A DNA stretch of 64,000 bases. Source: Chiloscyllium plagiosum (lineage: Eukaryota). The position numbers and the translations under genes are program-made. The stretch spans positions 68,017,872 through 68,081,871 of the forward strand of contig NC_057718.1 of assembly GCF_004010195.1 (NCBI RefSeq), given 5' to 3'. Under the pieces are notes generated by a model. The model did no database searches. It had not been told where the DNA came from and saw only the letters and a list, made by a program, of their open reading frames with translations. Positions 25,641 to 38,740 of this stretch are shown here, in pieces; the first letter of the stretch is position 1; the number at the start of each line of letters is the position of its first letter.

Positions 25641-26137
25641 CGTAGGAGAGTAGTCTGACACAGAACAAACGACCAAGAGGCGAGACTGCTAGAATATGGG
25701 CATTTTATTCCCCGCAGTGTCGCACAACGGGTCTGGTTTATGCTCACTCTACATGTTACAAAAACTGGGAGCCGTCAGTTCTTGTAGAGCGGTTGCCAAC
25801 AACCCACGCTCGGCGGTTAAACGTAACCCCGGAGCAGACTCACCGAACTGGAGACTTTTCCAGCTTTTTATTCTTTTCCAGATATAAACATTCATGTGAA
25901 CAGCAGAGCAAGGCTAAAAAACACATTCCATTCTGGTTACATACAGATAAGAAGATTCACACGGGACTAAGCAACACCTCCATTCCGGTTAGATTCACAC
26001 ATGTATTGGGACATAATTTTTAACCGTTTCACCACATTCCACTGCTTGGAATTTTACACCACACATTTAAGAATGCTTCCTTCCTTTTCATTTTCCATCT
26101 CAATCAGCTTTTTTGCGAGTTACATTGATTTACTACA
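25641..26137 (-). mobile_element. Probable solo LTR
   Basis: ~500-nt CpG-retaining block; minus strand begins TGTAG and ends CTACG (inverted termini with one mismatch); TATA-like AATAAAAA (25865-25872) upstream of AATAAA (25704-25709); no TSD found. Confidence 0.5.
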
Positions 26138-29100
26138 ATGCTAGCAGATCACTTTCATCAACCATTTTTTTGATTTGGCAAATGGTTTTACAGCTGACTG
26201 CCAATCCTCCCCATTTATTTGGGCTGGGTGCAGGCACCAATGCACGGTAGGCTGCCTGTACCAGTGACTTCATTCTTTCATAGCCAACAAAATGAATTGG
26301 AGCTTGAATCCAGACTTTCAAGCTCAGACAATAGAACTAGCCACTGAGCCAGAGTAGCGCTCATTTTTTAAAAATGTTTCTAATAGCCTGTATTTCTAGG
26401 CAAATTTTGTTTAATATTTAATATGAATTAAGTAACAGGGCTGATTTGTGAATAAACCCAATTCTAAGGATCTCAGTTTAATTACAAGAATGAATTGTGT
26501 TCAGTGCACATTTATTCCAAATGGTTTCAAGTCAGATGATATTAGACAGCTGATTGCAATTCAACCAAGCTAGATTATACACAAGTCATCAATTTTCCAT
26601 TCTGCCACTTGATGTAATATGATGTAGAATCAAAGCTTTCCTTTTAGGTACACAGGAGTCAAAATGGTTCTGCTTTCTGTGGATCGTTCTCCATGCAGAG
26701 TTGATCAAGTAATGCAATTGGAATAGGAGTAGATTCAACTTGATTTTAAATACATATCATGAAATGACCTATAAGAACATTAGGAAAAACGTTGAAAACT
26801 CTTTAATTATTAGAAATCATTACTAATTAAAAATCCCAGGATGCCCAGATCTGTTGAAGGTAGCTGTCTCAGATACAAGCAGATATAAATTATGGGACGT
26901 ACTGATGCAGTCAAGTTGTGGTGTTAATTGTAATGCATTAAAATTATTTCCAAATATCTTTACCCTTTTAGTTTAACAGTTCTTGTTATTTCAAACCCCT
27001 TTCTGCTTGTGCGGTATCCTTTGTTGAATGATGTCAGACACAGAGCTTAGTATTTCCCATTTCTGTTTATTGGCTCATGGGAGCTGTGGTTCTACAAGAT
27101 AGAACCACAGCTTTCTTTCTCAGATAATCTGATCTGTCACAGGTCGCCTGATTTGAAATCAAAAATTTATTCTTCTGAACTCTAAAAATTAGCAGAATCA
27201 ATATAGCTACTTATTGGTTAAACCTTTTCCTAATAATATCAATTTCTTTGTCTCCAAATAATTATTATATACTATTTTTTTGACCAAGTGTTTCAGTTCT
27301 AATAAAAAGAGAACTCTTCCTTGAATTGGTCATTCTTTAATAGCTGAAGATTAGAATTTATTTTAGTAATACTGAAATATTCCTAAAGTAATTTTGTGCA
27401 GTTGTTTATTTGAAACAGCTGTTGAATAACGTTCCAATTCTGTTTTTTGTAGTGACATTGAACAGTTATGTTTTACTATGTGAGAAATGATATGTAACTG
27501 TTAGTGTAACATTTTGCTCCCACAGTTACACAGTTGATGATCATTAGTAATATTGGTCAAATGTTTGATTAGCTGACAGTTGATGCACAATGCACGACAA
27601 TAAGGAATGTATGCTGAATAGGGATTGTACAATGTAACAGTTATTAAGGCACTACATTGTTTGATTTGTTCAACAATATTTTCTACTGATGCATCCTATA
27701 GACTACAATGACTAGCAAACAGTATAAAATGTATTTTAAACAATTAATAATGTAGTCTGCAAGCTAAGCAACTCACTTGGGGCTTTGGAGTGGACAATTC
27801 AGACGTGGTGATTCCTTGATATCTTACATTGGGGACAGAGAAACTTGTGGAAGCAAAGACTTGTGAAGAAATGGTTAGACTCAAGGTTCACTTTCATCTG
27901 TATCAGCTATGTGGGTTAATGGCTCAGCTAGAGTAGTGAGGGAATGAGAAAAGTATTAAATTAATAATAACTTGTGTAGACATTCCAGCATTTCAGGTCA
28001 GAAACAATTCTGGTGTCATGCCATTGCAAAACATTCAAAAGTTCTGTTTTTTTTTTAAAGTTTAATCCCCTTTAAATGTTCACTGTAGTTTTCTCTATAG
28101 TCAAAGAAAATATGACTAAAGTTAATATTAACCATATTGAATTCCCTTGTGTTAAATATGTCAAATTGTAAATGTTTATTGATGTTTTTAAATGTACAAT
28201 TTGTAATTTTCACAATTAAACGAATTGTACTTGCATTAAAATATAAATAATGGAGCATTCAATTAACATATGGAAAATGATTTTAAACTAAGTAGTAAGG
28301 TGATTAAAATTAGGATAAACAACCAAGACACATTTTCTGAAGTAGTTGTGAAATTGCAGTACCTCAAATGTTAACTTTTTAATTTGAATACTTGAGTGGT
28401 TTGCTGGGAACTGTATGTGACTGAGATTCTTGTCAACATCAAGGAAAAGTCCTGGATTTTTATGGTTTATTGAGACTAAAATCTTAAAGGGTTACATGGG
28501 GTTTTATGCAGGTTAGAGTAAAGAAACTGTTTATTTAACTCATTTATACGTTACATCAAGACAAACTGTAACCAATTGATGTACATGTTTTAGATTTACT
28601 GTTTCATGGATCATGTTCTAAGCATTTTTGTTGGTCTATTTTAATGTTTGAGTATTGGATTCTTTTAGAGGATGTAAGATACTGTTATACTTTCTTCATG
28701 AAAGAAGTTTTGCAAACCATAATTGAGAAGTTTTTAAATATAAATATTTTGAATTGGCAGCTTAATAATAATTTTATGCAGCTGAGAATCTAGCATCCAT
28801 TTTGTAAGCTCACACCTATCCCGAAAGTAGAAGACTCTGCATTGCACAGGGTATCCTGCTGACATGACCTTTGGAATTAGTGACTTGGAGTTTGTGGATA
28901 GCAGGAAGCTTTGACTTCAGTTGCTATTGATTAGATCTATATGTCTGTGGTATGGTGTGTGCTTTGATTCACCTTTCTGTCCTTTTTATTCTTCCTCCAC
29001 AGAAGTGATGACTGTCCTGGCACTAAATGGTCTCATATGACTTATGTAGATTGCTGTGCTTTCTAAGTGGAGTCTGACCAGGGGTTTAGAGGGAGACAGC

Positions 29101-29659
29101 AGAGAACTGAGTTTCAGCAAATTCCAAACTATCCCATCCTGATGCTGGCTGGTGATGTCACAACAGGAACCATTAGGCCAACCCAACTGATTTTCATTCA
29201 CATTGTCCTACAGTATTGCAGTTAATTATAGGAACAAATTGAATTGCGACCTTTGTGGCCCGGACAGCTCAGCACCAGCACATTGTATTTAACTAGTTAA
29301 GGCATCAGGGAAATGAATTTCATAAAATGCAAATAATTCATATCTGTGATGGTACCAGAAATCAGGGTGATTATCCTGTTTAACGCACTGGCTGTGTGAA
29401 ATTACATTTGAAAAATAAGTAACTTATATTCTAAGTGGAATCACCCATGATTTATAAAATCCAAAATAGAACATGCTTCAGGTTGCAGCAGCGTATACTC
29501 AGAAAATTTTCCATGGCCAGGTTTCCTTTGAATTAAAGATGCTGAACCAGAACGCTACTGGAACAAATTAAATTTAAAACAATAGTTGGTAAATAGATTG
29601 AATAACAGAGCACTTGAAAAACAGTGACAACATCATTCTTGATAAATCTGGTGGAAGTT

Positions 29660-30792
29660 TTCAAAGCTGTAACTAGTAGAACTGTCAAGGGCCAGCCATT
29701 GGATAATTTACTTGGACTTTCAGAAGGCTTTTGATAAGGCCCCACCTAAGCAATAAATTATAATGTAAAATTAAAGTTATATGGGTTTTGGAATAGTGTG
29801 CTGAAATGGATACAGAACTGGTTGACAAGAGAGTAAATAAAGAATAGGGTTAAAAGGTGATTTTCTGATTTGGGAAGTGACTAATGTGGTGTTGCATGGG
29901 TCTGTGCTTGGACCCCAGCTATGCACAATCTATATTACTGATTTAGATGAGGGAACTAAATGTAATATCTCTACGTTTGCAGATGAGACAAAGTTTAATA
30001 GGAGGATGAACAGTGATGAGGATGTGGAGATGCTACAGTGAGTTGACAAATACATGACAGTTGAAGTATAATGTGCTTAAATATGAGGTTATCCATTTTA
30101 ATAGCAAAAACAGGAAGCAAGATTATTATCTAAATGGGGATAGATTGGGAAAGAGGAAGGTGCAATAAGACTTGGTTGTCCTTTAACACCAGTTATTGAA
30201 AGTAAGCATGCGGGTACAGCAAGCATCAAAGAAGGCAAGTGGTATGTTGGCCCTCATAGTGAGAGGATTCAAGGATAACAGCAGTATGTCTTGCTACAGT
30301 TGTACAGGTTTGGTCTCTTTATCTGAGGAAGGACATTCCAGTTGTGGAGGAACTGCAACAAAGGCTAACCAGACGGATTCCTATACGAAGAGAGATTGGA
30401 TTGGTTAGGACTATATCCATTGGAATTCTGAAGAATGAGGGTGGAAATCTCACAAAAGCCTGTAAAACTCTTAACAGGACTAGACTGGGGAGTCCAGAAC
30501 CAGTGGTCACAATTTAAGGGTACGGAATAGACCATTTAGAAATGAGGTGAAGTGAAATTTCTTTACCCAGAGATTGATAAGGGTGTGGGATTCTCTGCCA
30601 GTGAAAGCGGTTGAAACCAAAACATTTTTTTATATAAAAGGAGCTGGATATGGTTGTTAGAGATGAAGAGATCAAAGGATCTGGGGAGAAAGTAGGAACA
30701 GGGCACTGAGTTGGATGATCAGCCGTGATCATATTGAATGATCGAGCAGGTTCAAAAGGCCAAGGGACAAACTCCCCTTCCTGTTTTCTATG
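29660..30792 (+). mobile_element. Decayed CR1 LINE, RT to 3' end
   Basis: IIYLDFQKAFDK, GSVLGPQL, FADETK remnants; TTTCTATG tail. Confidence 0.8.
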
Positions 30793-31466
30793 TCAACAAA
30801 TACTAATAGTCCAGATAGAGGTAGGCGCTACACTGATGTAATGTCTAGAATTATATATGCCAGAATTTCCAAGAGACTGCTGCTCCATGCTGAATTATCC
30901 ACCTTCCACACGAACAACATACAAGATACCTGCTGGAATTTAAATGCGTGGACATCTAGTAATACACAAGATTGGGGTCTGCTGTGAATCCATCATTGTG
31001 CATACCTTAACTGATTAAGTGCACAATGTGATGGTGACGAGCTGCCATAAACATTGGCTGTGAATAAACAGACAAAGTAGCAAAGAAGTGATGTTATCTT
31101 TGAAATTGAACCCCAGCAAACTTTGTGCCTTCGGGTGGAAATGTTTTGAGGAGGATGGAGGGGGCTGCACTTATGATAGCGAATCTAAAGCAAACTCCAA
31201 TCTACTTTTGTGATTACTTCACCAATGTGTTAAAATCTTAAAGAATCCAATACTTCAACCTTAAAAACTTGTCATTTTATAAAAGAGAGTATTACTGTAC
31301 AAGTTAAAAATGGACAAAACGAAATCTCTTTTTAACAGCTTATAATATTTTCAGATTTCAGTTTAATTCTTCATGTACATGGGTATTATTGGATGTCTCA
31401 TGAATCGTAACTAGGTACAGACTGACACAGAATAAAAACAAAGGAGCTATTTCTTTCTTGATTTAG

Positions 31467-31595
31467 GCCACCGTATATTAGGTCGCCTGGTTTTCCCAGT
31501 CAAACTGGGCCTGGTGGACGTCCTGTCTTTCCACCACAACATCCCAACTATGGCAACACTCAGGCTCCCATGATGTACCAGCCTGACCAGTACGG
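31467..31595 (+). CDS. ARID1B: ARID1B 129-nt symmetric (phase 2-2) exon, probably cassette: (R)PPYIRSPGFPSQTGPGGRPVFPPQHPNYGNTQAPMMYQPDQY(G)
   Basis: TTTCTTTCTTGATTTAG acceptor, CGG|GTAGGT donor; stop-free in the phase left by the 23955 donor; P/G/Q/Y-rich like flanking ARID1B; GC-rich island in AT-rich intron; absent from the ORF track. Confidence 0.85.
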
Positions 31596-31716
31596 GTAGG
31601 TAGTTCTATGATCTGCTGTGGAACATGGTGTTTCCTGGCAGGACTTGTAACCCAACTACAAAAAAAAAGGGTTGTTGTTTTGTGACTTTTTTTTTGTTCT
31701 GTTTAGTTTTGTTTTG

Positions 31717-31783
31717 TACTAACCAGAGCTGTGAGAGAATGAAAAAAATCTGCATGTCTCACACCTGCATGGCTTCTGGCATG
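31717..31783 (+). promoter_or_regulatory. Downstream intronic splicing-enhancer cluster (QKI + RBFOX motifs)
   Basis: TACTAAC 31717-31723; TGCATG 31751-31756 and 31766-31771; GCATG 31779-31783; another TGCATG at 32068-32073. Confidence 0.65.
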
Positions 31784-33366
31784 GCTGCTCCTCTTCCTGT
31801 TTAATGGGGTAGTTGTAAATTGCAAAGCAATTACAAAAAAAACAAACTGTAATGCATTCCAAAATTTAAAGATAATCTTACAATAGAGTTATTTGACAGT
31901 CCTATTTGTAAGCCTGATTATCCAAAAACTGTAGACACTTAAATCTGACTCTCAAATAGGTCCAACTTACTTCAAGCACTGGATTGAAATTAACTTTAGT
32001 TACTGTGTACAAAATTAGGCACAACTGGAATCTTCAGGTCTCATACTGAAAAAATGTCCAGCTTGTTTGCATGGCAGCATTTGTAAAAACTCACCCAAAG
32101 ATTGAAGGGAGGATGGGGAAATATCATTGTTTATTTCCTCCTTCCACATTGAGGGTTCCTGGATATGCCTCATTGCCCTGTTTCAGAGTGAAGAAGACAG
32201 GATGTTTCTTAGCTATACCTGATGAATTGACTGCAGAACAATCTTGAGATGATACCCAGACATTTTAAACTTCCTCTGTAGAACGAAGCCGAATCCCTAC
32301 CCGAATAGATACTTATCAAGGATCAGTGATAGAGCAAGAATGAAACATAGGCATCACCTTAAAATTCAATGTGTTTTCTTTTTGTTTAATGGAAAAATGT
32401 TTTTGTTTAAAATAGTGAATGCAGATGAAGTCATTGTGAAAATTATTTGCAAGTAGTTACTCAACCTGTTAGTCTCAGAGTTAAATCTGCAGGGCTGCTT
32501 GTTGACTCGAATGTGTAATTTTGCCATTTCCACTTGTGCTCAGGCCACTTGCTGACAGTGTCTCCCCCAATGATTGTTATTTGCTATTTTGCCAGTGAAG
32601 TAATCAGCAATTATTCTTTTAAGCAATTGATCTTGTAAAGGAATGTATTGTTAGAATTCTTAGTAATTGTTACATTTTTTATGAATGATATGACAAGCAA
32701 AACTCTATCTTTAAGAAAATTTTGCACCATTCTTATATGATGCAAATTAATTCGGGTGCACATTTGCAGCACTGCACGTTCCTTTTAACATGAATCCGTT
32801 AAATTTATTAACTGCAAACATGACTGATTCCAAACTGTGTACGGTTTGGGAAAGTACATAGATCAATAGTAAGTTTTTTTTAAATTATATGTGATGTGTT
32901 TAAAGAGCCTTGCCAAAAAGTTTTAAAAAACTCATATTTGAAATATCTAATAGTTGAGTCGTCAAGTTTTTGATGTGGGGGAAAAAAATTACAACACTGT
33001 TGGCAAGCATCAAAAAATGATCATTCCAAGAATTTCCATGCCAAATATTACAACATCTAGATATATAGATAGAAGTTCCAAGACAGACCTTTGAGTCCAA
33101 CAAGTCCGTGCCATTGTTTATAGTCAGCACTTTTCAATAGGAATGAGTGGAGCACAACTTCTCTCATCATCTTTCATCCCACCTTATCATAATACATTCT
33201 GTTTCTTTGTCTGGTACCTTCCCTTAAGTGTATTATTTCTGTCACTTTAACCATATTATTTAGTAGCAAGTTCACATTCTCATCATCCTCTGAGAAAAGA
33301 AGTGTCTTTACTTATTGGATTTAGACTTGAGTGTTCTCACCACAAGCCTGTTCCGTTTTTCTGGTA

Positions 33367-33582
33367 CAGGTCATTCAGCTATAATGCGTTTTTGTTAACG
33401 TGAATTTGCTGTAACAAGATTGACGAATTAGGAACCCTGTTTCTAAAATATGGATATTTAAAACGTGTTGGCTGTAATGCAATTATATCACCAATACTTT
33501 AAGCCCTGTTACTAAAGCACTGTTTTTCTATAATGCGAGGTTGAACAAGAATGCAACTATCACGTTATTGAAGAACTACCTG
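33367..33582. mobile_element. Tc1/mariner (Tigger-like) MITE
   Basis: Imperfect TIRs CAGGTCATTCAGCTATAATGCG / CACGTTATTGAAGAACTACCTG flanked by TA at 33365-33366 and 33583-33584. Confidence 0.7.
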
Positions 33583-33659
33583 TAGTTACAAGCTTTCAGT
33601 TCTAGTGCTGTCTTTGTAAGTCTTTAACACTTGCTTCAGTGTGTTTATAGTCTTTCTCC

Positions 33660-36600
33660 AATATGGAAACTAGAATATATGGTAGAAAAGGACTCAATGG
33701 AAGTTACAAAAGTATATAAATAAATTAAACAAGTGGACAAAAATCTGACAAAAACAGTATAATTTGGCAACCATACCTTCTATCCATGCATTCGAGTCAT
33801 TCATTGAGTATAAAATGTAAAATAGTCAATTTTAGCATGTTATTTAAATAGTGAGAGATCACAGAGATCTGAGATGCAGAGGGATCTATGTCCTAGTAAC
33901 TGAATCACAAAAGCCTAGTATGTAAGTACGTACTTAGGTGCATATAGTTGAATGGTCTGGAACTTTCAAACCCTTACATTGAGCTGGTTTCCTAACTCTT
34001 CTGAGCTATTTCTATTTTTCCAGAGAAACTGTTTGTAAATGTAATTCCACCAAGATATTTGCGAACGAAAACTATAGACTTTCAAAGCATTGTATTTCTT
34101 TCCCAAAGTGAAAAAAAATCAACTCCTAATTCTTCTCAATCAAAAGCACCCGAAAGCTTACTCTGTGAGATTTTTTCCAATCACACAATGTAAAAATATT
34201 TCATTATTCTAGGGACTCTCTCCTCTCACTGGTTTAAAAAAAAACCATCATTCCATGACAAGATAATCATTAAACTGTCTTATACACATAGACCAAATCC
34301 CTAATTCAAAATCTAGACTTTAAATTAAGTGAAATTTTTATCACAACTGCATTGATGAGATCACATTTAGAATATTGTATATAGTATCAGTCACTTTATT
34401 TAAGAAAGTATGTAAATATATTGAAAGCAATTCAGAAAAGATTTACTAGACTAATACTGGAAAGGGTGAGTAGTCATGAAAGGTTGTGCATGCTAGGCTT
34501 GTATTCTTTGGAGTTTATAAGAGTAAGAAGCAACTTAATTGAAATATATAAGCCTGGATTGATATGGAGAGGGTGTTTCCTTTTTATGACAAGACCAGAA
34601 CTCGGGGCACTGTTTAGAAAGAAGATACCATCTGTTTAAAACAGATGAGGCATAATCGTTTTTTCCAAAGTCATGAGTCTTTGGAACTCTTCCTGAAAAG
34701 GAAGTGGTGGAAGCATTGTAAATATTTTTTAAGGTAGAGATGGATAGATTCTTTGTAGGCAAGAGGATGATAGATCATCAGTACAAGGCAGGAATGTGGA
34801 TTTGATGATATAATCTGATCAACTACAATCTTATTAAATAGTGAAGTAGTGTCAAGGGACTGAATGGATGACAAATCAGTCATATGTATGTTTGTGTCTT
34901 GCTTGTAAATTCTATTAACAACAGTGGTTGGAAAGCTTTTAGGTACCATATTTTGGGATAAAATTAATAATCACTTGAGAAAATACCAGTTAATTGAGGA
35001 CAGATAGTTTAGATCTATTAAAGACATATTGCATTGAACTAAATTGCTGTTGATATGCTATATGTAAACTTCCAAAAAACCATTTAATAAAGTGCTGCAC
35101 AATAAACTTATGATCAAAGCTACAGTTCTTAGGATAAAAGGGACAGAAGCAACATGTGTATGGAATTGCCTGAATGACTGGAAGCAAAGGAGATGTGCGC
35201 GGTTGGTTTTCTGACTGGAGGAAGACTTCTAATGGAGATGCCCAGGTATCAGTATGAAAATCTCTGATCTTCTTAACATATATTAATGATCTGAAGGTTG
35301 GTGTTCAGCGCACAATTTCAAAATGTGCAGATAATATGAAGTCTGAATATATTGTAGACAGTGAGAAGGATGGTGTTACACTTTAAAAAGCCATAGGTTG
35401 GTGGAAGTGGCCGATTAAATTTAATGTTGAATGTGAAGGGCTTTGTTTTGGTAGGAAAACCATGGACAGGCAATATAAAATAAAGTGTATAATTCTAAAT
35501 TTATATTCCAGACAGAAAGGCAGAATACAAAATAAATCACCAGTTAGCCTAGCATCTCTTATATGGAAAGTGCTGGTATTCAATATCAAGAATCTAATAG
35601 CAGGATTCTTAGAAAATCGTAATATGATCAGATAGAGCCAACACATGACTTTATGAAAGGGAAATGTTTAATCTGTTTGTGTTTTTGATGAACTAACATT
35701 CACAGTGGATACAGGGAAACTAGTAGACGCACTGAACTTGGATTTCCAGACGGTTTAACACATGCTTTTTGGGGTAACATCTTAGCATGGAATGTGGATT
35801 GATTAGCTATCAGGAATAATGGATCATTTTTGGTTGTCAAACCGCACTTAGTGGTGTGCCACAGAGATCAGTGCTGGGACCTCGATTGCTTACAATCTAT
35901 ATCAGTGAATGGATGAGGGAAAAATGGTAGGTAGGCAAGGAAGTGTCAATAGAAGTAGAGATAGTACAAAGGAAAATAGGCCGGTTAGTGAATAGGCAAA
36001 TAAGTGGCAATTGGAGAATGACGTGTGAAACTGTGAACTTATCCATTTTGGCAAGAAAAATATTATTTATTGCAGAACTTGGTAGTACATGGAGATCTGG
36101 ATATCTGGCGTATAAAATTAATAAAGTTAGCATGTAAGTACAGCAAGTCATTAGGAAGACAAATTGAACATGTTTGTTGCCAGGAAAATAGAATCTAAAA
36201 CTAAAAAAGTGCTGTTGCAGCTGTGCAGGATATTGCTGGGTCAACATATGGAATAGTGCATAGTTTTGTTCTACTTAATTGAAAAAAAAATGCAGTTGCT
36301 TTGGTTGGAGTTCAGAGATAGTTCACTTAACTCATTCCAGGGATCTGATCTTGAGATTTTATAGGATCAATATGCAGTCAGTATTTGCTTGTGGTAAAGA
36401 CTAAAACTTGGGGGCAAAGAAGGTCTCTCTTTCAAGACAGTGATAAGAAGAAATGTTTTCACTTTACTGGTTATCAAGAGTGTGGAACTCTTCCCCAGAA
36501 GGTAGCAGAGTCTGGGCCAGAGATTTGGGATATACTGGATACAAGTTTGCTTGCTGAGCTGGAACGTTCATTTTCAGATATTTCGTCACCATACTGGATA

Positions 36601-36845
36601 ACACCATACTAGCTAACACACTAGATATTGCCCAGTATGGAGACGGAACATCTGAAAACGAACCTTCCAGCTCAGCGAGAAAACTTACATCCAGAACCTC
36701 GACCTGAGCTACAAATCTTCTCAGAACTCGCTAACGTTTGGGATATAATATGCACTCAGGAAAGTGGAGCTGAGAAAACAATCTGATCTGCCATGAACAT
36801 GCTTGAAGGGCCAAATGGCTTACTCCTGCGTTCAAGTCCTATGTG
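33660..36845 (+). mobile_element. Cluster of old nested CR1 fragments
   Basis: KAIQKRFTRLI..LGLYSLE, GVPQRSVLGP and LDFQ remnants; several CR1 tails. Confidence 0.65.
36535..36736. mobile_element. PLE-derived fold-back mini-insert
   Basis: 11-bp TSD TTTGGGATATA at 36524-36534 and 36737-36747; same family as 1155-1340 and 41726-42117. Confidence 0.8.
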
Positions 36846-36974
36846 ACTAGACAATGTTAAGAGGGTGCCTAATAAGGAAGGGTTTATAAATAAGGACGTA
36901 GATTTTGACAGCAAAGCAATCACAGCAAGCACAGTGTAAAAATGAAATTGGAAAATTCTATAGAAATACAGCAT

Positions 36975-37545
36975 GTCTCATACCATCTATATTGCTCTTC
37001 GGGTTTCTGTCTCTGCCACCTTTATAGGCAGTGAGTTTCAGGTTCTCACCAACCTCTGGGTGATAAAGGTTTTTCCTCACATCTCCTGTTAATGCTTTAA
37101 ATCCGGGCCAGCAGTCATTGATCGCTCCATTTAGAAGAAAAGTTTCTCCCTGCATACCCTCAATTTTATAAATCTCAATCATGTCCCCTCTCAATCTCCT
37201 CTGCTGTAAGGAAAACGATCCCAGTCTGTCCAATCTCTCTGCACAACTGAAGCTCTGACCAAGATGTTGCTTGAGCTGGAATCTGCTCTGCACCCTCTCC
37301 TCTGCATCCTTCCTATTATGAGAAAGTGAGAACTGGAGATGCTGGCGATCAGAGTGGAAAGTGTGGTGCTGGAAAAGCATAACAGGTCAGGCAGCAGCCG
37401 AGGAGCAGAAAAATTGAGGGCATTCCTGATGAAGGGCTTATGCCCAAAATGTTGATTTCCCTGCTACTTGGTTGCTGTCTGACCTGCTATGCTTTTCCAG
37501 CACCACACTTTTGACATCCTTCCTATTATGTGAATTCCAGAACTG
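36975..37545 (-). mobile_element. CR1 3' region (minus strand), interrupted by a PLE insert
   Basis: ERLDRLGSFSLQQRRLRGDMIEIYK. Confidence 0.75.
37321..37514. mobile_element. PLE-derived fold-back mini-insert
   Basis: 16-bp TSD CATCCTTCCTATTATG at 37305-37320 and 37515-37530; CTGATGA-A-GGGCTTATGCCC-AAAA core (G12>A). Confidence 0.85.
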
Positions 37546-38740
37546 AGACAATGCAGAATTGCACAGATGCTGCCAGACCTGCTGATTTTTTCCTAGCAAT
37601 TTTTGTTTTTTGTTTTCAGATCTCAAATATCCATGTCTTTAATTTTACGCAATAAAAACACTTTTCTATGCTCAGCTGAAGTACTACATTGTGTTCATTA
37701 CTGAGCACCATACTTTACTAACACTGACATTAGAGAAGGTGCAGAAAGGATTCTCAAGAATGGCTTCAGGAATAAAGAATATCAGCTACATCGTTCAATT
37801 GGAGATGCTGGGACTGTTGTCTTTGGAGAAGTGATGGTTGAGAGAAGTTCTGAAGAGCATATTCAAACCATGAGGGATCTGAATGGAGTAGGTTGGAAAA
37901 GACTATTCCTCAGGTCACAGGATTGAGAACCAGAGCGAAGGTAGTTGACACATGAAATAATCGTAATATTGGAAAACACACCATGTCTGGCAGCACTTGT
38001 GAAGAGAGAAAAACAAAGTTAACATTCTAAGTCCAATAAAACTCTTCTCTGAAGGGGTTACAGCATCATTTTGCTTTTGTTTTAGATCTTCAGCATGTGC
38101 AGTATTTTGCTTTTGTTAATATGGAGAAAACCTTACAGACTGAGCGGTTAAGATCTGAAATAAATAAAATTATATTAGAGGCAGGTTTCAAAATGGAATT
38201 TTATCATTATCTGAGGCAACTCAATAATGTACTTCTTACAAAGCAAGTAAGTCTATTCATCTGGTCAAACCAAATGGCCTTGCTTGATACTCCATTTGTA
38301 GAATATTGACCTGCTTGCCACTGTGATTATATTTGTAACCTCTGTTTTTGTTCCCTGTTGATTCAGTTCAAAAGTCCTGTGACCAAGATGCAGAGCTTTC
38401 ATTCCTTCTTGAAAAAATGTAATAATTAATAAAACGTCTCAAATTGATTTCCCAAAAACCTGAGATTTTTCACATGTCATGAATTCATTTTAATTGAGTA
38501 AAATAAAAAAAGAAATACTTGCACAATTTGACTAGGTGCTACACTGATGCAACATGGCACTAAATACGTCCCCTTTGCTGTTTTCACACTGGTCTATTTC
38601 CGTGTTTCAAGCAGTTCAGTTCCGCACAAACTGATTAGGACCAAGTTGCCAAGTCCAATCTGTCGGATCCAAAATCTGCCATTCCTTGGTTCTGAGGTTG
38701 CAGATTTTGGGTTATTGTATCTTTGATCTCTTGTTATCGC

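Noticed and set aside
31717..31726. TACTAAC as the branch point of another acceptor
   Set aside because: The adjacent AG is too close and no pyrimidine tract follows; better read as a QKI-type motif
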